Shown in pieces: positions 48,292 through 56,740 of a DNA stretch of 64,000 bases. A program made the translations under genes and the position numbers. The DNA lies in the NCBI GenBank assembly GCA_903863255.1, contig CAIPBJ010000093.1, forward strand, positions 60,654 to 124,653, in the 5' to 3' direction. A model generated the notes under the pieces. That model worked only from the letters and a program-made list of their open reading frames with translations. It searched no databases and was not told the origin of the DNA. The first letter of the stretch is position 1; each line of letters begins with the position of its first letter. The DNA comes from an uncultured Methylophilaceae bacterium. GTDB lineage: Bacteria > Pseudomonadota > Gammaproteobacteria > Burkholderiales > Methylophilaceae.

Positions 48292-49293
48292 ATGGTGTTT
48301 ATGAGTTTGCTGGCAATGTTATTGATAATATTGGTTGCCGCTGAGATTTTTACTAACGCACTAGAACATTTAGGAGAAAAACTAAGAATTTCTGATGGCG
48401 TGACCGGATCAATCTTTGCTGCAGTTGGAACGGCCCTTCCTGAAACGTCGGTTCCTATCATAGCGCTATTGGCTGGAACAGCCAATCAACATACTAATGA
48501 AGAAATAGGAGTTGGAGCCATTCTAGGGGCTCCACTGATGCTTTCAACTTTATCAATCAGTCTTATGGCCTTATCAGTATTAAAGACACGTGGAGCTACA
48601 GGTCATTTAAGGCCTGAGAAGACAGGTTTGATTAGGGATCTTAATTTTTTCATACTCTCATTCAGCTTTTCTATCGGTGCCCTTTTTGTTCCCCACTCCA
48701 GAATCGAGGTAAGGGGTGCGCTCGGCTTAGTGATGTTATTGACCTATTTTATTTATCTGTATTTAACGATACGGTCATCAAAGAGCCTAGTTGAGGATGG
48801 TCATGCAACTGAAGCAGACTCTCCAATGTTATTGAATCGACTTGGTTTTCCTAATAATTTTCTGGTTATTTTATTGCAACTTTCTATAGGGCTGACGATG
48901 CTGGTCGCTGGAGCTAAAGGTTTTATCAGTGGCGTTCAAGCTGCATCTTTAATATTGGGTGTTTCTCCATTGTTGCTATCATTGATTGTCATTCCAATAG
49001 CAACAGAACTGCCAGAAAAAGTGAACAGCATTTTGTGGATCAGAAAAGGTAAGGATACCCTTGCCTTTGGAAATATTACGGGCGCAATGGTATTTCAGGG
49101 TACATTGTTGCCAGCAATCGGAATTATGCTAACACCATGGACACCTCGTCCAGAAGTTTCAGCTGGTCTTATAATAACCATGGTTGCAAGCGTCTGGGTT
49201 AGATTTATTATAAGTTTAGGTGCCATCAGGGTATGGCATTTGTGGGTAAACGGGATACTGTATTTCGTTTATTTGCTGATTGTATTGAATTAA
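48292..49293 (+). CDS. Ca2+/cation antiporter (CaCA family, YrbG-like)
   Basis: Two alpha-repeat motifs (GTALPETSV and ATELPEKVNS) in a protein of about 10 TM segments. The inner Met at 48292 is preceded by AGGAAAAGG. Confidence 0.8.
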   Translation: MVFMSLLAMLLIILVAAEIFTNALEHLGEKLRISDGVTGSIFAAVGTALPETSVPIIALLAGTANQHTNEEIGVGAILGAPLMLSTLSISLMALSVLKTRGATGHLRPEKTGLIRDLNFFILSFSFSIGALFVPHSRIEVRGALGLVMLLTYFIYLYLTIRSSKSLVEDGHATEADSPMLLNRLGFPNNFLVILLQLSIGLTMLVAGAKGFISGVQAASLILGVSPLLLSLIVIPIATELPEKVNSILWIRKGKDTLAFGNITGAMVFQGTLLPAIGIMLTPWTPRPEVSAGLIITMVASVWVRFIISLGAIRVWHLWVNGILYFVYLLIVLN

Positions 49294-50654
49294 GACTCCT
49301 CCATATCTTCTTCTTCTTTACTAAGACCAAGTTTAGATAGTCGGTAACGTAAGGTCCTAAAGCTAACCCCTAGCAGCTTGGCAGCTGCGGTCTTGTTTTG
49401 TCCTGTTTTTTGCAAAGCCTCGATTATCGCCTGCTTTTCAATATTTTCAAGGTAATCTGGTAACGTCAGTCCCGATGCGTCAACATTCACATTTGATGCC
49501 AGTCTTGGCTTGCTTCTCATTAAGAGATCCTTATCTTGGATTTCATTGCCATTACACATGGCTAGTGCACGCTCCAAGACATTCTCGAGCTCACGAACAT
49601 TTCCATGGAAGCTGTATTCCATCAGTTTTTTCTTCGCTGCTTCGTTGATTACGGGTATTTGAGCCCGTTGGTGTTTTATACATAATTTTTGAAGGACGTC
49701 ATCGGCTATCTTGGGTATATCTTCGGGCATGTCCCTTAAGGCTGGCATGCTTAAGGTTATTACATTAAGTCTATAATACAGATCATGTCTGAACAAACCA
49801 TGATCCATTAGCGATTGGATATCTCTATGTGTTGCGCTGATGATTCGAACGTCGATTGGCTCATCTTGATCTGAACCGAGAGGTCTGATCTTTTTATCTT
49901 GAATGACGCTTAAAAGGACGATCTGCATTGATATCGGAAGGTCAGAAATCGCATCAAGAAACAAAGTTCCTCCATTTGCAGCTTGCAGTAGACCCTTGCT
50001 TTCAACCTGAGACTCATTGGAAGCGCCTTTTTTCTGACCTAGAAACTCACTTTCAATAATTTTTTCAGGGATAGAGCCGCAGTTAACTTTAACAAAGGGT
50101 GCATTTCTTCGTGAGCTGTTCATATGGATGAGTCTTGCAGCAAGCTCTTTACCGCTTCCAGTCTCGCCCGATATTAAGACTGGGGCTTGATTCTTTGATA
50201 CTTTATCTATGATATCTTTAACCTCATTTATAGGGGAAGAGTCACCGATCAAGGTGATTTTTTCTGTAGCAGGTGTATCTGAACTTGCTAATTTGAGTGC
50301 AGACTGAACCAATGGGCGTAGCTGTTGTAGTGAAATTGGTTTTGTTAAATAATCAAAAGCACCGGTCTTTAGTGCGGAGACTGCATTTTCTGCACTTCCA
50401 TAGGCTGTTATCACGGCAACTGGCATCCCTGCGTGGTTTAGGCCGATATACCTCACCAAATCGAGGCCATTCCCATCAGGAAGTCGCATGTCTGTTAGAC
50501 AAAGGTCGTATTTACGTTGTCTTAACATAAATTTAGCGTCATCAAGCGTGTCGGCCGTATCTGTGGATATACCCATTTTCTCAAGTGTTATTGAGAGTAA
50601 TTCAGAAAGATCCGTTTCATCGTCAACAATCAAACAAGAAGGTTTTTTTGACAT
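49290..50654 (-). CDS. PilR-like NtrC-family response regulator with degenerate sigma-54 contact and Walker B motifs
   Basis: REC (DDE...LTDMRLPD), AAA+ with intact Walker A GETGSGKE, and Fis-type HTH KTAAAKLLGVSFRTLRYRLSKLGL. GASNES replaces GAFTGA and LFLDAI replaces LFLDE(I/V). Confidence 0.85.
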   Translation of the reverse strand: MSKKPSCLIVDDETDLSELLSITLEKMGISTDTADTLDDAKFMLRQRKYDLCLTDMRLPDGNGLDLVRYIGLNHAGMPVAVITAYGSAENAVSALKTGAFDYLTKPISLQQLRPLVQSALKLASSDTPATEKITLIGDSSPINEVKDIIDKVSKNQAPVLISGETGSGKELAARLIHMNSSRRNAPFVKVNCGSIPEKIIESEFLGQKKGASNESQVESKGLLQAANGGTLFLDAISDLPISMQIVLLSVIQDKKIRPLGSDQDEPIDVRIISATHRDIQSLMDHGLFRHDLYYRLNVITLSMPALRDMPEDIPKIADDVLQKLCIKHQRAQIPVINEAAKKKLMEYSFHGNVRELENVLERALAMCNGNEIQDKDLLMRSKPRLASNVNVDASGLTLPDYLENIEKQAIIEALQKTGQNKTAAAKLLGVSFRTLRYRLSKLGLSKEEEDMEES

Positions 50655-50655
50655 A

Positions 50656-52260
50656 TTAGATTACCAATTTCTTAAGTTGTATTGAAAATAATCCACCTCG
50701 ATTACTGGTGATGTATTTTATATGCGACCCGTTAGCTTCACACAATTCTCTTGCTATGTATAGACCTAAGCCAGTTCCGGTCGATTCTGTAGTGAAGAAG
50801 GGCTCGAAAAGTCGGGGTTTGATTTCTTGACTAACCCCAGGCCCATCATCATTGATATCAATATTGATGTATCTGCTTCTTGAGGAGCTTCTTATATTCA
50901 TTATTAAGCTTCCTTCCGTTTGTTGGCTATGTCGCCATCCGTTTCTGCAAAGATTCCAGAGAATCTGGTGTAAATGTCGCTTATCAAACTTGATCTTGAG
51001 TTCATTGCTTTCTATTTTTAGTAGAAATGCATTTAATGGGATTTTTTCTACACTGCAAAAATACTCATGAAATTCTGTAAGGAAGTCTATAAGGTTAATT
51101 GATTCCTGATTTGTTCTGTCACGACGATTAAGTTCAAGAACATCTTTAACCATCTGATCAAGACGTTGTACATTATCGCTGATGATCTGAAGCATTCTTT
51201 GAGCTGACTTATCAGTGACTTCTTCTTGTAAAAGCTGGCTTGCATGGCTAATGGCACTTAGTGGATTTCGGATTTCGTGAGCCATATTGGCAGTAAGCTG
51301 GCCTAAAGCAGCCAATTTCTGTTGCTGAGCCTGAGCTTGCATCTGGCTCCAATCTTCAATAAATATCACAACACCTTGTGAGCGTAATGCGCCGATCGGC
51401 ATGAATCTAAGTTTTAAATCCCTGTCAGCAATTGTCAATTTAGAAAAACCTGAATCAGAATCATCATGTTGAGTTACCCAATTTTCCATTAGAAATGAAA
51501 TTTCTGGCGAGATTTCAGAAATCAAAACCTTTTCCCAAGAAGCGGGATCTATATTTAACAGCGCTTCTGCAACTGAATTATGATGTCGTACGTGGTTCTT
51601 TTTATCCACCACAAGCACTCCGTCAGTCATTTCCTGAGTGATTAGCTCATTAATCTGATTTGAATTAGCTAAGTCCACTTCTCGTTGAGAAGCAATGGTT
51701 TCACTAAACTTAGTTCGTTTTGCAAAGCTGTGTGCCAACCATGCCGTAGCAAAACAACTTAGACTCAGCATCACTATCTGAGAATAATCATCGTAGTTGC
51801 CGTTGAACATAATCATTTGATATGACTGTTCAAGTAAAAGCGCAATAGAAGCGATTGCCGCATAGAATAGGGCAAGGCGACCTTGGCTAATCAGACTAGC
51901 AGCAGCAATGGTAATGACTAACATAACCCCAAATCCACTCTTTACACCACCACTTGCTGACATGATGAGAACGATGAATATGATGTCGTTCATAATCTGT
52001 AAAGTAACTAAGCGATTAAAATTGGGCCATCGAATTCGAATGCAAAAAAGGAGAATCACGCTGGATAACAAATAACCAAGTGAAAGCGAAATATAAAGCG
52101 ACGGATTGAAAATATCCGCGCCATAATGCTCTTTCCTAAAATAAAAAGAACCAATAAAAATAGCCGCTAGAATGAATCTATAGAAATTGAATATGCTCAA
52201 TGAGCGCCAATAGGTGTCTTGATCTTGCGATGTTGAGTTTTGGTCGATGTTCGATTCCAT
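50656..52260 (-). CDS. PilS-like sensor histidine kinase
   Basis: About 6 N-terminal TM segments, PAS, H-box MAHEIRNPLSAISHASQLL, and N/G boxes (NLCRNGWRH, DDGPGV, GTGLGLYIA). It lies directly upstream of the regulator. Confidence 0.8.
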   Translation of the reverse strand: MESNIDQNSTSQDQDTYWRSLSIFNFYRFILAAIFIGSFYFRKEHYGADIFNPSLYISLSLGYLLSSVILLFCIRIRWPNFNRLVTLQIMNDIIFIVLIMSASGGVKSGFGVMLVITIAAASLISQGRLALFYAAIASIALLLEQSYQMIMFNGNYDDYSQIVMLSLSCFATAWLAHSFAKRTKFSETIASQREVDLANSNQINELITQEMTDGVLVVDKKNHVRHHNSVAEALLNIDPASWEKVLISEISPEISFLMENWVTQHDDSDSGFSKLTIADRDLKLRFMPIGALRSQGVVIFIEDWSQMQAQAQQQKLAALGQLTANMAHEIRNPLSAISHASQLLQEEVTDKSAQRMLQIISDNVQRLDQMVKDVLELNRRDRTNQESINLIDFLTEFHEYFCSVEKIPLNAFLLKIESNELKIKFDKRHLHQILWNLCRNGWRHSQQTEGSLIMNIRSSSRSRYINIDINDDGPGVSQEIKPRLFEPFFTTESTGTGLGLYIARELCEANGSHIKYITSNRGGLFSIQLKKLVI

Positions 52261-52475
52261 TAGACGGCTTTATCTCGATGGTCTTCAGAACAAAAATAAT
52301 GGCTGTTTTTTAAAAAACTCTCGTTTTTGGGTAAGTGTAAGCCGCAATAACTGCAGCGAACCATATCCTCTGCGTTATTGTTTGATCGATATTGGTCATC
52401 CATATTGCGCTTATAACGTTTAAGTACTGAGATCAAAAGCCATATTGCAATAAAAATAAGTAGTAATTTGACCAT
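52260..52475 (-). CDS. Small membrane-anchored zinc-ribbon protein (PP0621-family-like)
   Basis: 71 aa with an N-terminal TM and CSYCGLHLP...YFCSEDH (4 Cys/His ligands). Its stop overlaps the kinase start by 1 nt. Confidence 0.6.
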   Translation of the reverse strand: MVKLLLIFIAIWLLISVLKRYKRNMDDQYRSNNNAEDMVRCSYCGLHLPKNESFLKNSHYFCSEDHRDKAV

Positions 52476-52619
52476 TTGCTAGAGACTTCCATATTAGTAT
52501 CATTGAATTGTAGCTAAAAGTGAGCGATAGAACAAAAATCAAACCTGTTATACTTGTTTTTTTCATTTTTTTTCGAAAAAAACGTAAAAATGTTAAATTG
52601 AATCTAAATATATCCCTTT

Positions 52620-53228
52620 ATGGCTACTGTACAAGAACTTTCTAATTTCCTTGCTCAAGTCGAGCGGCGTGCATTTAAGCAGGTTGCTTATGCCGTTCGT
52701 GACGACCATGCTGCTCTTGATATTGTGCAAGATGCAATGTTGAAACTCGCAGAAAATTATTCATCTCGACCTCCTGCCGAATATCCAATGCTCTTTCAGC
52801 GTATTTTGCAGAATACGATGAAAGATTTCTGGAGGCGTCAGAAAGTAAGAAATTTATGGACCACTTTATTTTCTTCATTCGGGTCGGGAAGTGAAGATGA
52901 TGATGAGGTGGATATTCTGGAGACCCTGGAATCCGATGATTATGATGACGCTGACGAACCTCAAGCACAACTTGAACAGAAGCAGACTATTGCCATAATC
53001 GAGGAAGCATTACAAAAATTACCGGCACGTCAACGCGAAGCTTTTATCATGCGTTATTGGGAGGATATGGATGTTGCTGAAACCGCTTCGGCTATGGGTT
53101 GTTCTGAAGGAAGTGTCAAAACCCATTGTTCCCGGGCGGTACACTCTTTGGCATTAATGCTGGAAAAGCATGATCTTACGAAACGAGTACTAGAAAAGAA
53201 GGAGGGCCGCGATGAATCAGGAACATGA
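52620..53228 (+). CDS. ECF (sigma-24 family) RNA polymerase sigma factor
   Basis: Region 2 (ALDIVQDAMLKL...FWRRQ) and region 4 (LPARQREAFIMRYWEDMDVAETASAMGCSEGSVKTHCSRA), with an unusual acidic insert DDDEVDILETLESDDYDDADE. Confidence 0.88.
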   Translation: MATVQELSNFLAQVERRAFKQVAYAVRDDHAALDIVQDAMLKLAENYSSRPPAEYPMLFQRILQNTMKDFWRRQKVRNLWTTLFSSFGSGSEDDDEVDILETLESDDYDDADEPQAQLEQKQTIAIIEEALQKLPARQREAFIMRYWEDMDVAETASAMGCSEGSVKTHCSRAVHSLALMLEKHDLTKRVLEKKEGRDESGT

Positions 53229-53598
53229 AACTGAAACTGCAGAGCGAATAGTTAAATTGCTCGAGAAAAATCTAGATACCTTGGATGGTGAGGTTCTTGC
53301 TCGCTTGAAACTTGCTCGTAATAAGGCTTTGGAAGCACATACTGAAAATCTTACCACTTCCGTCGGAAGTTCACTGGCAAGCTATTTTGGTCATTATGTC
53401 AGGCAGCATCGTGTCATATCGTCAGCTGCCTTGTTGTGCAGTCTAGTCTTTGTAGGATTTATTGTCAGTCAACAATACATTGGCCAGGAAACTGTCGAGC
53501 AGGGGGACGCATTTTTATTAGGTTCTGAGCTTCCGCCGGAAGCCTATGTTGATGAAGGTTTTAATAAATGGTTAGCTCAAGATATAAATCAACAATAA
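53212..53598 (+). CDS. DUF3619-like single-TM protein (putative anti-sigma factor)
   Basis: Overlaps the ECF gene by 17 nt. A short cytoplasmic N-terminus, one TM (AALLCSLVFVGFIV) and a short periplasmic tail. Confidence 0.6.
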   Translation: MNQEHETETAERIVKLLEKNLDTLDGEVLARLKLARNKALEAHTENLTTSVGSSLASYFGHYVRQHRVISSAALLCSLVFVGFIVSQQYIGQETVEQGDAFLLGSELPPEAYVDEGFNKWLAQDINQQ

Positions 53599-54035
53599 GA
53601 TTTTTATGCTTTATTCTGTTGATTTGGGGCATGCCATCAAATGCACATGTCATAGCTAAATCGGAAAAGTCTGAAAAGACTTGGGCGGAACTTACTGATA
53701 ACCAGCATAAAGTTTTGGCGCCATTAGCAAGTGAATGGGATACGCTGCGTCCGTGGCAACGTGAAAAAATGCTGGATATCGCCCATGATTATCCAAAAAT
53801 GGATTCAAAAAAGCAGGAACTTGTTCAAAGACGTTTGAATAGATGGAGCCGAATGACCCCATATGAACGAGAGAATGCGAGAAAGAACTACCAGAAATTT
53901 CAGTCGATGCCACAGGCAAAAAAGGACGAACTCCGCAAAAAATGGAAGGAATATAAACAATTGCCTCAAAACCAACGAGATACATTAATGCGTGAACATC
54001 CTGAAATTTATAAGGATCAAGAACTTGAGAATTAG
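53568..54035 (+). CDS. DUF3106-like secreted protein
   Basis: Signal peptide then repeated W..L.P.QR / RW..M.P.ER helical motifs (WDTLRPWQREKM, RWSRMTPYEREN, KEYKQLPQNQRD). Confidence 0.6.
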   Translation: MVSSRYKSTIRFLCFILLIWGMPSNAHVIAKSEKSEKTWAELTDNQHKVLAPLASEWDTLRPWQREKMLDIAHDYPKMDSKKQELVQRRLNRWSRMTPYERENARKNYQKFQSMPQAKKDELRKKWKEYKQLPQNQRDTLMREHPEIYKDQELEN

Positions 54036-54061
54036 TTTTAACTATATTTAATTTGCATGCC

Positions 54062-54484
54062 ATGTTAGTACAAGCTGGTTTGTTTAAACGTCTTCTTAGC
54101 ATGCTATACGAAAGCCTGCTTCTCATTGCTATCTTTGCTTTCGGAACGCTGATTTTTATCAAGTTTTTCGGTGATGCCACGCTTTCCCCTAAGCGCTATT
54201 TTTTGCAATTCTTCCTATGGTCTTTGGGTGGAGTTTATTTTATATGGTGCTGGCTAAAGAGTGGGCAGACGCTTGCAATGAAAAGTTGGAAAATTCAGTT
54301 GGTTGATTACAACGGTAACAATTTGACCTTACCTCATTGCATTAAACGTTATGTTCTTGCTAGCTTAGGCTTGATCTTTTTTGGATGCGGATACATCTGG
54401 GCTTTGTTTGATCGAGAGGGGTTATTCCTTCACGACAGGCTAACCGGTAGTAAAGTCATCAGTCTAGAAACTAGGGCTGATTAA
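54062..54484 (+). CDS. RDD family membrane protein
   Basis: About 3 TM segments, with GQTLAMKSWKIQLV and ALFDREGLFLHDRLTG (RDD-type motif). ATG at 54062 or TTG at 54053. Confidence 0.7.
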   Translation: MLVQAGLFKRLLSMLYESLLLIAIFAFGTLIFIKFFGDATLSPKRYFLQFFLWSLGGVYFIWCWLKSGQTLAMKSWKIQLVDYNGNNLTLPHCIKRYVLASLGLIFFGCGYIWALFDREGLFLHDRLTGSKVISLETRAD

Positions 54485-55551
54485 TTTCGCTCCACATAAA
54501 TAAGCATAACAATTCCTGAAGTCAAGAAAAGTAATGTCGGTATGACCGCACTAAGAATAGGGGACCAGTCATTGAGGAGTCCCAAATGAACAAATACCCG
54601 ATTTAAAACCTGGTAAACAATCCCAAGCATGATACCTGCAAAAATTTTTGCTGTTGTGTCACTTGACCGCTGTTGCAAGAATCCAAATGGTAAGGCCAGA
54701 GTTATCATAACCAGGCATGCAATTGGGTAAATCATTTTTGACCAAAGTGCAACCTCGTGTCGAGTGGTTTTCTGTTTGTTTTGTCTTAGATGCTTGATGT
54801 ATGAATAGAGGTTCCAAGCAGACATCTTTTCAGGTACAACAAGAAGAACATTTAATAACTCTGGTCTGATAAGTGACTGCCATTTAGCCTCATGGTAAAA
54901 ATGTGATTGAATATTTGGGTTGCTGAGATCGATTTGTGTGACATCTTTCAAGTCCCAGCTTTTTCCATCAAAACTTCCGTTTTTAGCATTACTTATTGTG
55001 CGAAGTTGAAATCGATCATCAAATTCATATATATGGATATTCAGTAATTCGACATCCGGAAGCACGTCTTCAACATTAACAAAGCTGTTTCCGTCTTTTA
55101 CCCAAAGTCCAGAACGAAAATCTTGAGCGACTACGGAGTCGGTCGCCTCGATACGCATCTTTTGAGCTGTTTTTTCACTAATTGGTGTTATTAATTCGCC
55201 TACAATGAATGTAATTATTGTGAACATCAAACCAACTCGAAGAAGTATGATGCCAATGTTGTATATGGAAAGCCCACTAACTCTCATAACGATCAATTCT
55301 GAGTTCCTGGAAAATTGACTTAGGGTATACATTGTTCCCACAAGAACAGCTACTGGAACTACTTCGTAGACATGGCCAGGTGCGCTGAGCAAAACAAAAA
55401 TGAGTACTTTACCAATTCCGTAGGTCCCTTTTCCTACGCTGTCCAATTCCTGTATCAAATCAAAGAATGAAAACATGGCAAGCAAAGCAGCCATAATAAG
55501 AATGACATTTGAGAATAATTCCCTAGAAAGGTAGTTGTCGAGGACTTTCAT
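54481..55551 (-). CDS. lptG: LPS export ABC transporter permease LptG
   Basis: YjgP/YjgQ permease topology. It overlaps lptF by 4 nt, and the pair is divergent from pepA as in E. coli. Confidence 0.9.
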   Translation of the reverse strand: MKVLDNYLSRELFSNVILIMAALLAMFSFFDLIQELDSVGKGTYGIGKVLIFVLLSAPGHVYEVVPVAVLVGTMYTLSQFSRNSELIVMRVSGLSIYNIGIILLRVGLMFTIITFIVGELITPISEKTAQKMRIEATDSVVAQDFRSGLWVKDGNSFVNVEDVLPDVELLNIHIYEFDDRFQLRTISNAKNGSFDGKSWDLKDVTQIDLSNPNIQSHFYHEAKWQSLIRPELLNVLLVVPEKMSAWNLYSYIKHLRQNKQKTTRHEVALWSKMIYPIACLVMITLALPFGFLQQRSSDTTAKIFAGIMLGIVYQVLNRVFVHLGLLNDWSPILSAVIPTLLFLTSGIVMLIYVERN

Positions 55552-56636
55552 TTAGCTAAAAACCTTGGGATGAGTGGCAAATAGAAAACCCGGCGATAAA
55601 ACATGTAGACTGTGAGCATTAGAAAGATAATATGAATCGGCCATAGACCAATGATTGGGTTCAGTTTTCCCTGGGTCATCCAGGCTTGCATGATGCTTAG
55701 CAAGTTGTTGTAAATGATGTAAATAAGTATGGCCATCATCATGTTCCCGGATCTGCCGGAACGAGGATCCATAAAGCTTAATGGGATGGCAAGCAAAACA
55801 AGTATGAATGCAGATATCGGCATAGACAGTCTCCACTGGAACTCTGCCACATTAGCTGCTGTACGGTCTTTTAAAAGTTCAATACTTGGTTTTGCTTGAG
55901 TGACAAGCGGACGTTGTTTTACTTCGGCTGGCTCAATCCGGATGTAGTAACTTTGAAAAGATGTGTTAGTAAATTCCGGAGAATTTAATTTGCTTTCATA
56001 TCTGCGACCATTCTCCATGACAAGAAAGTTATCATTGTTGGCATGAACCTCCCTATGACCTTTTGTCGCAACTATGATCCCCAGATTCTTATTTTGAATG
56101 GATTGAACAAAAATATTTTTTACAACATTACCCAATTCGTCAAAGCTCTCAACGAAAAACACGCGGTCAGCTAGACTCGATTCTTTAAATACGCCTGGTG
56201 TGATCGTGGATAACTCATCTCGGCTTTCAAGTTGATCCCGAAACTGAGCACCCTTGGTGGTGGCCCAGGGAGTGATGAAAAGGCTTAAAAATGCAATAAT
56301 GACAACTATGGGAACTGAAAATGTGAGTACCGGTTTTATCCAGGAAGATATGCCGATCCCAGAAGTAAACCAAATTACCATTTCACTGTCTCTATGCCAT
56401 CGGGTTAAAGTGAGCAAGACAGACAGAAATATTGTTAATGAAAGAAGGGTAGGCAGGAACTTTAACATGCTAAAACCTAGCAATGTGTTGATTGCGTCGC
56501 TTGCCAGGTCTCCCTTTGCTGCAACACCAATGTAATAGGAAACTCGCTGGGCGATTACGATGCCAAAGAGGACAGTAAATGCCCCTACAGCAGTAATTAG
56601 TAACTCATTTAAAAGTGATCGTTTAAAGAGCTTCAT
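55548..56636 (-). CDS. lptF: LPS export ABC transporter permease LptF
   Basis: YjgP/YjgQ family, divergent from pepA (conserved synteny). Confidence 0.9.
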   Translation of the reverse strand: MKLFKRSLLNELLITAVGAFTVLFGIVIAQRVSYYIGVAAKGDLASDAINTLLGFSMLKFLPTLLSLTIFLSVLLTLTRWHRDSEMVIWFTSGIGISSWIKPVLTFSVPIVVIIAFLSLFITPWATTKGAQFRDQLESRDELSTITPGVFKESSLADRVFFVESFDELGNVVKNIFVQSIQNKNLGIIVATKGHREVHANNDNFLVMENGRRYESKLNSPEFTNTSFQSYYIRIEPAEVKQRPLVTQAKPSIELLKDRTAANVAEFQWRLSMPISAFILVLLAIPLSFMDPRSGRSGNMMMAILIYIIYNNLLSIMQAWMTQGKLNPIIGLWPIHIIFLMLTVYMFYRRVFYLPLIPRFLAK

Positions 56637-56740
56637 AAAAGTTTATGTTCATAATTGTTAGCATGGTTTTGGACTAAATTTTGACATGGAGTAAAAACGA
56701 AGGATAATTCAATGAAATTTAAGTCAAAAGGGCACATCTG

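Noticed and set aside
52476-52619. Autoregulated ECF promoter (GGAAC-N16-TCTAA type) upstream of the ECF sigma gene
   Set aside because: A TCTAA is present near 52598, but the matching -35 position holds only an A-run. The T8-CG-A7 palindrome there is low-complexity.
53692-54180. 162-aa minus-strand ORF antisense to the DUF3106 gene and the RDD gene start
   Set aside because: It is a shadow ORF. The sense genes are rich in AAA/GAA/CAG codons whose complements lack stops, the product has no recognisable features, and it would overlap two well-supported genes.
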